Below, piece by piece: positions 15,363 through 23,125 of a stretch of DNA of 36,961 bases. Source of the DNA: a virus (lineage: Duplodnaviria; Caudoviricetes); IMG/VR virus record IMGVR_UViG_3300037784_000160, positions 1 through 36,961 of that record; one strand, given 5' to 3'. A program made the position numbers and the translations under genes. The notes beneath the pieces are model-generated. The model was not told the DNA's origin. It did not search any database and worked only from the letters and a program-made list of their open reading frames with translations. Numbering within the stretch: the stretch's first letter is position 1; each line of letters starts with the position of its first letter.

Positions 15363-17440
15363 GCATCATCCCGGTAGGAGCTGCGCGCGGCCTGCCCGGC
15401 AAGCCGCTCGAGCTCACGCCGCACCCGCTCGGCCAGCGCCTGCGCGTCCTCGCCCGGCTGCTGCTGGATGTTGATGGTCACCGTCATGCCGGTGGTGGCG
15501 GGTTGCTGCCCGAAGGCGGGGACGCCGGCGTTCTGCTGTCCGGCAGCGCTGGCGGCGATCGGGGTGAGCGAGAAGCTCCCCGCCGCCGCAACTCCCGCAG
15601 CCAGCCCGCGCATCGCGCCAACCGGGCGCTTGCCGCCGCGATCGATCCCCATGGCCAGCCCTTCGGTGGTGTGCTGACCCAGCGCCATGAAAACGCGCGA
15701 GGGGGACTTGATGCCGAGGTAGTTCTTGAAGGCGGTGATCCCGTTCTTCGCCATGCCGATCAGCTTCGCCCCAAGGGCAAGCGGATTGATCGCCATGAGG
15801 AGGCCGGTCATCATCGCCTTGCCGATGCCCTTGAGCCAATCCGGCGCGGCCGACAGCAGGCTCTTGGCCTTGTCCCAGCCCCACTGGAACGCGGCGGAAA
15901 TATCCTCCCAGTAGTACCAGATCAGACCCGCCACCACGGCGATCGCGATCGGGATCCCGAAGATGACCCCGGCAAGCGCTCCCACTCCGACGCCGAGGGT
16001 CGCAGCCGCGCCGACCAGTGTGCCGAAGATCGAGACTATCCCGCCGATCGCGACCAGTACCGGTCCCGCCACGGCCGCAATCCCGAGCGCTCCGAGGATG
16101 AAAGTCTGGGTGCCCGGGCTCAGCTCGGAGAACGCGGTCGCCACGTCCGCCACCACGCCCATGACGCTGGTCATCACCGGCAGGATCGCGTTGCCGGCCT
16201 CGATCGCGGCGGTGCGGAACTTGTTCATGTTCTCGATCTGCTTGGCCGCGTCGGTCTCCGCCTGCTTGGCGAAGGCAGGATCGATCGCGTTCGCTCCGTC
16301 GCGCATGTCGGCCAGCGTCTTGGTGAAGGCCTCGGCCTGGTTGCCGGTCAGGCCCAGCACGGCATTCAGCGCCTCGGTCGACCCGAACAGCTGCAGCATC
16401 TCGGCGTCGTTGCCGCCCAGCTCCTGCTTGATCCGGTTCAGCGCCGGGACAAGTCCGCCGGACTGCGCGATCAGGTCCTTCATGTCCTTCGAGCCGAGGC
16501 GCTGGAACATCGCCCGGCTCTTGCCGGTCTCGCGGGTCAGACCCGCAATCACCGCGCGCAGCTGGGTGTGGGCCTGCGCGGCGGGCAGACCGGTGGTGGT
16601 CAGTGCCGCGACCGAGGCGAGATATTCGTCGATCTCGACCCCGGCATTGGCGATAGTGCCCGCCACCCCGCCGAAGCCCTGGGCGAGCCCGGAGATCGTC
16701 GTCTTGCCGTTCTTCACCGTCTTGAACAGCAGATCGTAAATCCGCTGCTGCTCGGCGCCCTTGAGGTTGAACGCATTGATCGCGCTGGTGACGATCCCGG
16801 CCGATTCCTGTGTGGTGGCAAGGCCTGCAGTCGCCAGCTTCGCCGATCCTTCAAGCACGGCCATCGCATCGCTCGCCTGAATGCCGGCCGAGCGGATGTC
16901 GTAGAGCGCCGGCGGCAGCTCCTCCAGCGCCACAGGCACGCGCGAGGACAGGTCGAGCACGCGCTTGCCCATCAGGTCCATGCTCTCGGTCGAGGTGTCG
17001 ACCAGCGTCGCGATGTTGCTCATCGACGCGTCGAAATCCTTGGCCATCTGGGTCGAGGCATAGCCGGCGGCAACCAGCGGGGCGGTGACATACAGGCTCA
17101 TGCTCTGGCCGACACCGGTGATCTTGCCGCCCAGTTCCCTGATCCCGCGCGCGCGGCCGAGTTCGGCGAGCTTCGCCTTCTGCTGCTCGATCGACTGGTT
17201 GGTTTCCTCGATCTGCCGCTCGAGCGCGCGCTCGCGGTTCATAAGCTCGGTGACATTCCCGCTCGCACTGCCCAGTTCCTTGCGCACCTTGCGCAGCTCG
17301 CTCTCGAGCTTCCGGCTCTCGCCGCGCAGGGCGCCAAGCGAGGTCGAGCCCTTGCGGCCAAGACTGATGATGTTCTTGAGCGCGCCAGACATCTTGTCGA
17401 CGCCGACGAAGTTCACCAGCAGGGAAAGCTTGTTGCTCAT
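15359..17440 (-). CDS. T: Tail tape measure protein (TP901-family core), 693 aa
   Basis: Long Ala/Gly-rich helical protein with a hydrophobic region and LGIKSPSRVF motif; ATGA coupling to E'. Confidence 0.9.
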   Translation of the reverse strand: MSNKLSLLVNFVGVDKMSGALKNIISLGRKGSTSLGALRGESRKLESELRKVRKELGSASGNVTELMNRERALERQIEETNQSIEQQKAKLAELGRARGIRELGGKITGVGQSMSLYVTAPLVAAGYASTQMAKDFDASMSNIATLVDTSTESMDLMGKRVLDLSSRVPVALEELPPALYDIRSAGIQASDAMAVLEGSAKLATAGLATTQESAGIVTSAINAFNLKGAEQQRIYDLLFKTVKNGKTTISGLAQGFGGVAGTIANAGVEIDEYLASVAALTTTGLPAAQAHTQLRAVIAGLTRETGKSRAMFQRLGSKDMKDLIAQSGGLVPALNRIKQELGGNDAEMLQLFGSTEALNAVLGLTGNQAEAFTKTLADMRDGANAIDPAFAKQAETDAAKQIENMNKFRTAAIEAGNAILPVMTSVMGVVADVATAFSELSPGTQTFILGALGIAAVAGPVLVAIGGIVSIFGTLVGAAATLGVGVGALAGVIFGIPIAIAVVAGLIWYYWEDISAAFQWGWDKAKSLLSAAPDWLKGIGKAMMTGLLMAINPLALGAKLIGMAKNGITAFKNYLGIKSPSRVFMALGQHTTEGLAMGIDRGGKRPVGAMRGLAAGVAAAGSFSLTPIAASAAGQQNAGVPAFGQQPATTGMTVTINIQQQPGEDAQALAERVRRELERLAGQAARSSYRDDA

Positions 17441-17586
17441 CGGGACTTGGCTCCCTTCCCCTTCGGCGGCGCGTTGACGGCGTTCCACCAGCGGATCGCC
17501 CGTTCACGCCAGAAGATCAGCTCGTCGACCTCGAGCGCTTGCAGCTCGGCCAGCGACCAGTGGAAGACCGCCGCGATGTCCGCCAT
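17437..17586 (-). CDS. E': GpE' tail assembly chaperone extension, expressed by -1 frameshift from E
   Basis: MADIAAVFHWS..EL...EL..WRERA motif; its frame is open upstream through the slippery site. Confidence 0.85.
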   Translation of the reverse strand: MADIAAVFHWSLAELQALEVDELIFWRERAIRWWNAVNAPPKGKGAKSR

Positions 17587-17936
17587 CAGATCTTCCGGCG
17601 CTGTTCCGCGATCATCGCCTGCATCACTTCCCGCTCGGCCGCCGTCATAAAAAAACCGCGGATGGTGCCCCCGATCTCCGCAAGGTCGGCCGGATCGAGG
17701 TTGTCGCATTCGTGCGGGGTGAGCACCGGATCGCTGATGCGCGGCACCACTTTGAGGATCGCGCCGATATCGGTGTTGATGAGCTCCTGCAGGGTCAGCC
17801 CGCGAAGCTCACCGCCGCGCGGCTTGCGCAGGGCGATCTTCTCGATGACCTGCTCGCCGCGGCGGATCGGGTCAGCCAGCGTGATGGTCTCGAACTTGGT
17901 GCCATTTTCGGCGGGGGCGGCTGCGGTGTCGGCCAT
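17586..17936 (-). CDS. E: Tail assembly chaperone E
   Basis: ITLADPIRRGE...LRKPRGGELRGL...VPRISDP...LDPADL...GFF. Confidence 0.9.
   Translation of the reverse strand: MADTAAAPAENGTKFETITLADPIRRGEQVIEKIALRKPRGGELRGLTLQELINTDIGAILKVVPRISDPVLTPHECDNLDPADLAEIGGTIRGFFMTAAEREVMQAMIAEQRRKI
17649..17655 (-). other. -1 programmed ribosomal frameshift site (T TTT TTT) for E+E'
   Basis: GGT TTT TTT ATG in the E frame; the -1 frame (17437..17709) runs open into E'. Same arrangement as P2 E/E'. Confidence 0.85.
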
Positions 17937-18083
17937 GCGGGGCGTCCTTCATTTGCGCCCTCCGGCGTTTCTGCTCGAGGGCTGGATCACGCGGGGCGAA
18001 GCGGGGGAGGATGGCCGGGATCGTGCCGCCCTCCCCCATCCGCTGACCGACCGCCCCGCACAGCGCCGGCCACCGGGAGAACG

Positions 18084-18593
18084 TCAGCTCTGCAGCGCCG
18101 CCATGATCTCGCCATAGCGATCCACGCCGTCGACGATGAAGGTCCCGGCGATCATGTCGATTTCGACCTCGGCGCGGCCGTTCACCACCCGGCGATAGTA
18201 GGACAGCGGCACGGTGTATTCGTGCTCGGTGTCGTCGCCCGGCTTGGCGGTGCCGGTGCTGATTTCGGAAAAGCGTCCACCGATGAAGCATTCGACGGTT
18301 TCGACCTCGCCGGTATCGTCGCGCTGGTAGGCACCGGTGAGGCGCACCCGCACCCCGTCCACCTGGGTGGTGCCGAACTTGCGGATCAGCGCAGCGACGT
18401 GGCCACCCATCTTGAGCGTGGCCTGCATCGCCTGCAGCCCGAGATCGATCATGACCGGGCCGATCATGCCACCGCCGCGGTATTCCTCGGTCGCCAGCGC
18501 CATGCCCGGCTCCTCGAACTCGGTGACCTGGCCGATGTAGTTCACCCCGTCGACGTGGGCGGTGAGGTTCTTCAGTTTCTTCGGGATGCCCAT
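18084..18593 (-). CDS. FII: Major tail tube protein FII
   Basis: PKKLKN, EEYRGGGMIGPV, LTGAYQRDDTG, EIDM...VDGVD. Confidence 0.93.
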   Translation of the reverse strand: MGIPKKLKNLTAHVDGVNYIGQVTEFEEPGMALATEEYRGGGMIGPVMIDLGLQAMQATLKMGGHVAALIRKFGTTQVDGVRVRLTGAYQRDDTGEVETVECFIGGRFSEISTGTAKPGDDTEHEYTVPLSYYRRVVNGRAEVEIDMIAGTFIVDGVDRYGEIMAALQS

Positions 18594-18613
18594 GGGGGAG
18601 GTTCTCCTGTCAA

Positions 18614-18647
18614 GCGCTCAAGTAGCGAAGCGGTAGCGCGACCAAGA
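18614..18647. repeat. 34-bp REP-like hairpin repeat, copy 1
   Basis: GCGCTCAAGTAGCGAAGCGGTAGCGCGACCAAGA; 31/34 identical to 30721-30754. Confidence 0.85.
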
Positions 18648-18654
18648 CGCCGGA

Positions 18655-19824
18655 TCAGACCAGCTGGTCGGCGAAGTCGGTGTAGTAGAAGTCGGTGATC
18701 ACCAGATCGACGTTCGGGTTTTCGAGCGGCGCGACCGGCGTGAACTGGATCCGGAATCGCGGACGGCCCGCCGCCAGCTCCTGAGCGCTGTTCTGGTCGG
18801 GATCGAAGAACATCTCGGCGCCCTGGATCACGCCCTCCACCGCCAGCTGGCGGAAGCGGGCGTTGCCGGTCTCGAGCAGGTCCTTGATCAGGCCGGTGGT
18901 GATCGGCTGATCGATGAAGGGGCTGACGATCTGTCCGACGATCTCCTGCAGCGCATGGCTGGTGCGCACCGCGCTTTCGAACACGAACTCGGGCATGGTG
19001 GCGGGATCGGCGCAGGTGCGGTTGCCCCACAGGCGGAAGCCCGTCTGGCGGATGATGGTGGTGACCTCGCTGGCGTTCAGCACGCCGGCGTCGGTGCTGG
19101 GGTCGGTCAGATCGAAGCTGATATCGCGGTCGAGCCCGGTCACCCCGACCAGCGGCACGTTGCTGATCGTCTTGTGCCAGCCCACGGTCTCGTCGATCTG
19201 GGCGCGCAGGCCGATCGCGCGGGCGACGATGTCGCCGCCGAAGGTGGCGCTGGTGCCGGGCCAGATGAGCATGAGCTCGCGGTGAGCGAAGTTGCCGCGA
19301 TAGGTGATCGCGCCCGCCACATCGACACCGAATGCCGCGGCGTAGACGAAACCGCGCAGCTTCTTCGCCACGCTCACCAGTTCCTCGATCACAGCCTGAC
19401 TGTCGAGCCCGGGTGCGGCGAGGATCTGCGGCTTCACGCCGAGGCGCTGCTCGGCCACGGCCAGCGCCTGCAGGCCGGTGAAGGTGGTGCCGTCGGTCGC
19501 GCCAATCACGTTGGCATCCGTCTCGGCCTCGTCAGCGCCCTCCTCGACCCGCACTACGACTATCACCGGGCTCGCCTGATCGCCGATCGCGCGAAGCGTG
19601 GGTCCGAGCGTGCCGCCGTCGCCCGCCTTGCCGGCCGCGATATCCACGCCGCCGGTGATCAGCACCGGGGTGTTGAGCGGGTAGGCAGCATCGAGTGCGG
19701 CCTGTGCCGCCGCATCGCCGGTGGTGGTGGCCGTGGCGACAATGCCGATCACGGCAAGGCTGACCGCGCCCAGCGCGCGCGGGCCGGAAGCGGATTCGGT
19801 AATCGTGAGGCCGTGAACGGTCAT
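18655..19824 (-). CDS. FI: Tail sheath protein FI
   Basis: HG start, PLNTPVLI, TGLQAL, KPQILAAPGLD, GWHKTISNV, GFRLWGNRTC. Confidence 0.93.
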   Translation of the reverse strand: MTVHGLTITESASGPRALGAVSLAVIGIVATATTTGDAAAQAALDAAYPLNTPVLITGGVDIAAGKAGDGGTLGPTLRAIGDQASPVIVVVRVEEGADEAETDANVIGATDGTTFTGLQALAVAEQRLGVKPQILAAPGLDSQAVIEELVSVAKKLRGFVYAAAFGVDVAGAITYRGNFAHRELMLIWPGTSATFGGDIVARAIGLRAQIDETVGWHKTISNVPLVGVTGLDRDISFDLTDPSTDAGVLNASEVTTIIRQTGFRLWGNRTCADPATMPEFVFESAVRTSHALQEIVGQIVSPFIDQPITTGLIKDLLETGNARFRQLAVEGVIQGAEMFFDPDQNSAQELAAGRPRFRIQFTPVAPLENPNVDLVITDFYYTDFADQLV

Positions 19825-19834
19825 GGTCAGTCCT

Positions 19835-20206
19835 TCAGGAAGTGGCGCGCGGGGCGCGGGTGTCGATCGGGATGGTCAGGGTGGTGAGCGCGTTCGAAGG
19901 CGGCAGATCGGTGCGGCGCCCCTCGATCCGGATAGTCAGCCGCCCTGCGGCGGGTTCACCGGCAAGGGTGACGCGGGTCAGGCGCAGGCGCGGCTCCCAG
20001 CGGCGCAGCGCGATCGCGGTCGCCGCCTGCAGCAGCATCCGGATCGCGCCGTTGATCGGCTTGTCGATGAGCTCGAACAGCAGCGAGCCATAGTCGCGGC
20101 GCATCACCCGGCTGCCCAGCGGGGTCGAGAGGATGTCGCCGATCGACTGCGCGATATGCGCCTCGTCGCCCAGCGGCTTTCCGGTCGAGATGCTCATGCC
20201 CTGCAT
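19835..20206 (-). CDS. W: Baseplate wedge protein W (gp25-like)
   Basis: HIAQSIGDILSTPLGSRVMRRDYGS...WEPR; start MQGMS at 20206. Confidence 0.9.
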   Translation of the reverse strand: MQGMSISTGKPLGDEAHIAQSIGDILSTPLGSRVMRRDYGSLLFELIDKPINGAIRMLLQAATAIALRRWEPRLRLTRVTLAGEPAAGRLTIRIEGRRTDLPPSNALTTLTIPIDTRAPRATS

Positions 20207-20254
20207 GGAGGCGAGGGAAACGCGCTTCGCGCGCGCAATGCCAGCGCCGGGGGT

Positions 20255-20273
20255 GGTGGAAGGGGCTTTAACC
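20255..20273. promoter_or_regulatory. Candidate Ogr activation site upstream of W
   Basis: GGTGGAAGGGGCTTTAACC (GGT-N13-ACC palindrome), centred 58 bp from the W ATG. Confidence 0.65.
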
Positions 20274-20288
20274 CGGTAGCACGGCGGG

Positions 20289-20660
20289 ATGCCGCTGCTC
20301 GCCGCCCTCGCCCTGTCCTGCATCGTTGTCGACGGTGACACGCTGCGGTGCGCCACGGAGGGTGGCAGGAGTGAGCGCATCCGGGTTAGCGGAATCGATG
20401 CACCCGAGACAAGCGCCTGCAGACCAGGGCGGCACTGTGTCGATGGCGACGGGCAGGCGTCCCGCCGGGCGCTGGAGCTGTTGGTCGAAGGAGCCGAGCT
20501 GCGGCTAGTGCGGCTCGGCCGGGACCGCTACGGCCGCACTATCGCGGCAATCTACGCCGACGGGATCAATGTCGCCTGCCAGATGCTGGCGCGCGGGCAC
20601 GCGATCTACCGCCGGGACTGGGATAATCGCGGACTGGTTGAGCGGGATTGCCACCTCTGA
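20289..20660 (+). CDS. Thermonuclease (SNase-fold) family protein; counter-oriented moron
   Basis: VVDGDTL, RIRVSGIDAPE and DRYGRT motifs with catalytic residues present; short hydrophobic N-terminus; several Cys. Confidence 0.85.
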   Translation: MPLLAALALSCIVVDGDTLRCATEGGRSERIRVSGIDAPETSACRPGRHCVDGDGQASRRALELLVEGAELRLVRLGRDRYGRTIAAIYADGINVACQMLARGHAIYRRDWDNRGLVERDCHL

Positions 20661-20662
20661 CC

Positions 20663-21259
20663 TCAAACCGGCTCGCCCGACAGGGCACTGCCCGCCTGCA
20701 CCTGCCCATGCTTGTGGGTCTTCAGGCTGATGCCGTCAGCGATGACGTCCTCGTCTGCCGTCGCTGTCTGGCTGACCGCGAGATTGCCCTCGATCGTCGC
20801 ATCCCCGATGATCGTGACCGGCCCCCGCAGGGTGATGCCGCCGCTCGCGGTCACGTCCACGGTCCCGCCCGCCGGAAGCACCGCGAGCAGCTCGTGCGCC
20901 TCGGGATCGTAAGTGATCTTGGCCCCGTCCGCGAACTCGATCATCTCGGCCGCGCTGTTGCCGAGCGGCGGGAAGGCGTCCTGGACGATTCCCGTAATCG
21001 CCACGGCCGCGCCGATCTGGCCATCGGGGCAGAGCAGCAGCACCTGCTCGCCGACGCTGGGGGGCGACCACACCCGGGTGAGCCCGGCGCGCGGGGACAG
21101 CCAGCGGATCGGACCGGTCTGTGCCGGGTCGGGATCCTCGGGATCGCCGAAGCGCACGATGCAGCGCGCCTCAGCCAGATCGACCTCGAGCACCGTGCCG
21201 ACCCGGATCAGGCTGGCGATGTCGGCCGGGATGTCTTCCTGCGGCGGTTGCCGGATCAC
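20663..21259 (-). CDS. V: Baseplate spike protein V
   Basis: LIRVGTV, WSPPSVGEQV, FADGAKITYD, and C-terminal ISLKTHKH iron-binding HxH; GTG start overlaps the upstream TGA. Confidence 0.9.
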   Translation of the reverse strand: MIRQPPQEDIPADIASLIRVGTVLEVDLAEARCIVRFGDPEDPDPAQTGPIRWLSPRAGLTRVWSPPSVGEQVLLLCPDGQIGAAVAITGIVQDAFPPLGNSAAEMIEFADGAKITYDPEAHELLAVLPAGGTVDVTASGGITLRGPVTIIGDATIEGNLAVSQTATADEDVIADGISLKTHKHGQVQAGSALSGEPV

Positions 21260-21567
21260 GGGTGCGCCTCCGGGCACCAGCCTTCGGGATAGGGCGCGCC
21301 CTTGCGCACCGCGTCGCGGCAGATCCGGCCGACGCGCGCCCAACCTTCCTCGCCCCACGCCTCGAGCGCGCTTTCGTAGCGATTGGCGGCAGCCTCGCTC
21401 TCGAACGTCTCAGCGGTAGGCAGGGGCTTGGGCTTGACCCGCACGTCCTCGACAGGCGGGAAACTCATCGAGATCGGCTCCGGCTGCCCGCAGGCGCTCG
21501 CAGTTAAGGGCAGTGCGAGAAGGGGAAGGAGCAGCACCTTCCTCACCCGCGGCATCGATCGCAGCAT
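21256..21567 (-). CDS. o-spanin (Rz1/LysC-like lipoprotein)
   Basis: AAGGAG RBS; lipoprotein signal ending TASAC; Pro-rich; overlaps the i-spanin 3' end in another frame. Confidence 0.7.
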   Translation of the reverse strand: MLRSMPRVRKVLLLPLLALPLTASACGQPEPISMSFPPVEDVRVKPKPLPTAETFESEAAANRYESALEAWGEEGWARVGRICRDAVRKGAPYPEGWCPEAHP

Positions 21568-21829
21568 CACGCTTCTCCTTGTTGGTGGCAATGGTCCCGG
21601 TGTCGGCCTCCCGCTCGCCGGCGGCCGCGCCTTCGCTGGCGTCCTCGAGCGCCTTGGCCTCGCGCATGGTTTCGAGCTGCTCGGCCTCGCAGCTGTCATA
21701 GCCGTGCGATCGGCCGAGGAAGTAGGTTCCGGCCAGCACCAGCACCGCCCCGCCGGCGATCGCGAGAACCAGCTGCCAGTTTCCGATGATCCAGGCGATG
21801 GGGCCGAGGCCCTTGAGACGGTCGAGCAT
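21410..21829 (-). CDS. i-spanin (Rz/LysB-like)
   Basis: Single N-terminal TM helix, then a coiled-coil periplasmic domain with C-terminal Cys residues; follows the holin. Confidence 0.7.
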   Translation of the reverse strand: MLDRLKGLGPIAWIIGNWQLVLAIAGGAVLVLAGTYFLGRSHGYDSCEAEQLETMREAKALEDASEGAAAGEREADTGTIATNKEKRDAAIDAAGEEGAAPSPSRTALNCERLRAAGADLDEFPACRGRAGQAQAPAYR

Positions 21830-21837
21830 GGCGTTCC

Positions 21838-22164
21838 TCACAGGTCGAAAGGGCGGCGGCGGGTCTCCGCTGCCGACGGGTCCAAAGGGTCGGGTTCAAA
21901 CTCCTGCTGCGCCGTCGCCGGAGAGGACGGCGGAAGGAACAGGTGCTTGTCCTTGTCGCTCGAGCTCTTGGAGGTGCCGAGATAGTAGGCGACCGCCGCA
22001 CCGGTGAAGCCCGACAGCTGGCCGAGCATGAAGACGACGAGGTCGCGATTGGTCTGCGGCACCTCGAACTGGAACAGCCAGAACAGCGCCAGCTCGAAGG
22101 CACCGATGAGCAGCAGCGCCAACAGGCCGCGCATCACGTCAGGAGCCTTGAACGACGGTCTCAT
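21838..22164 (-). CDS. Putative holin (two TM helices)
   Basis: Two hydrophobic helices, AYYLGTSKSS motif and charged C-terminus; ATGA coupling to the endolysin. Confidence 0.65.
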   Translation of the reverse strand: MRPSFKAPDVMRGLLALLLIGAFELALFWLFQFEVPQTNRDLVVFMLGQLSGFTGAAVAYYLGTSKSSSDKDKHLFLPPSSPATAQQEFEPDPLDPSAAETRRRPFDL

Positions 22165-22784
22165 GCCTCGTTCGTGGAGATCACGCCTCCCGCCATGCGC
22201 GGCAGACCCGCCGCCGGCAGGCCCAGCTGGGAAGGCCAGCGGATGCCGCCGGGCACCATGCGGCTCTTGGCAATCGGCATGATGTTGACCGCGTTCGACT
22301 GGTTGCCGCCCAGCACGTAGAAGTTGCTGGCGCTCTCGCCAACCAGGAAGCCGACGTGGCCGCCGCCCTGCCGCCCGAACACCACCACCGCGCCCACGGT
22401 CGCCGGGCACGGCTTGCCCCAGTCCGCCCAGGCCTTGGCGCGGGGGAACATTTTGGGGAACGGCAGGCCCGCTGCCTGAATGCAGTGGGCGGCGAAGAGG
22501 CCGCACCAGGGTGTTTCGTCATCGTTGAACCAGCCCGCGCCGAGCCGCGCCCAGCTGCTCGCGATCCAGCTGTTGTGTCGCGGTCCCGGAATCTCGCGCT
22601 GGCCGATCAGGCGATAGGCCTCGTCAAGCCAAGGCGGGCGTGGCGCGCGCGGGCTGTCATCGGCGGCTGCAGGGCCGCGCAGCGCGACCTCGAGCGCGGG
22701 CACGAGATCATCGTAGAGATCCTGCGGGATGCTGCCGCGCCGCCGGCGCAGCTCGGCGATGAAGGTTTCGAAGTGGAACGTCAC
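22161..22784 (-). CDS. Endolysin, TIGR02594 family (NlpC/P60-CHAP-like peptidase)
   Basis: PPWL, DDETPWCGLF (catalytic Cys), GGGHVGF (His), VLGGNQSN. Confidence 0.85.
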   Translation of the reverse strand: MTFHFETFIAELRRRRGSIPQDLYDDLVPALEVALRGPAAADDSPRAPRPPWLDEAYRLIGQREIPGPRHNSWIASSWARLGAGWFNDDETPWCGLFAAHCIQAAGLPFPKMFPRAKAWADWGKPCPATVGAVVVFGRQGGGHVGFLVGESASNFYVLGGNQSNAVNIMPIAKSRMVPGGIRWPSQLGLPAAGLPRMAGGVISTNEA

Positions 22785-23125
22785 GATCCGCCCCCTTTGG
22801 CGAAGAATTCCCAGATGCCGTAGAGCGCGGCGCCGATCACCGAGAACGCGCCCCCGCCCACCACCATCTTGCCGAGCGCGACCATCCCCTTTTCCCGCTC
22901 ACTCTCGGCGATCAGCTCGAGCAGCTTGGCATGCGCGAGCAGCGCGGGCTGGGTTTGCAGAGTGAGGTTCTTGAGCTCCTGCGCGAGCGCGGTGAGGGCA
23001 ACCGAATTGGCTTCGCTGGCCGTGGCGAACGCCGCCTTCAGATCGCGGATCTCGATCGACTGCGCATGCACCGTCGCTTCGAGCCGTGCGATCTTTACAG
23101 CTGCGGTTTCGCCGCGAGCGCTCAT
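22781..23125 (-). CDS. Coiled-coil protein with a C-terminal TM helix; lysis-cassette membrane protein (holin or antiholin candidate)
   Basis: KIARLEA coiled coil and C-terminal hydrophobic helix; immediately upstream of the endolysin and coupled to it. Confidence 0.55.
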   Translation of the reverse strand: MSARGETAAVKIARLEATVHAQSIEIRDLKAAFATASEANSVALTALAQELKNLTLQTQPALLAHAKLLELIAESEREKGMVALGKMVVGGGAFSVIGAALYGIWEFFAKGGGS

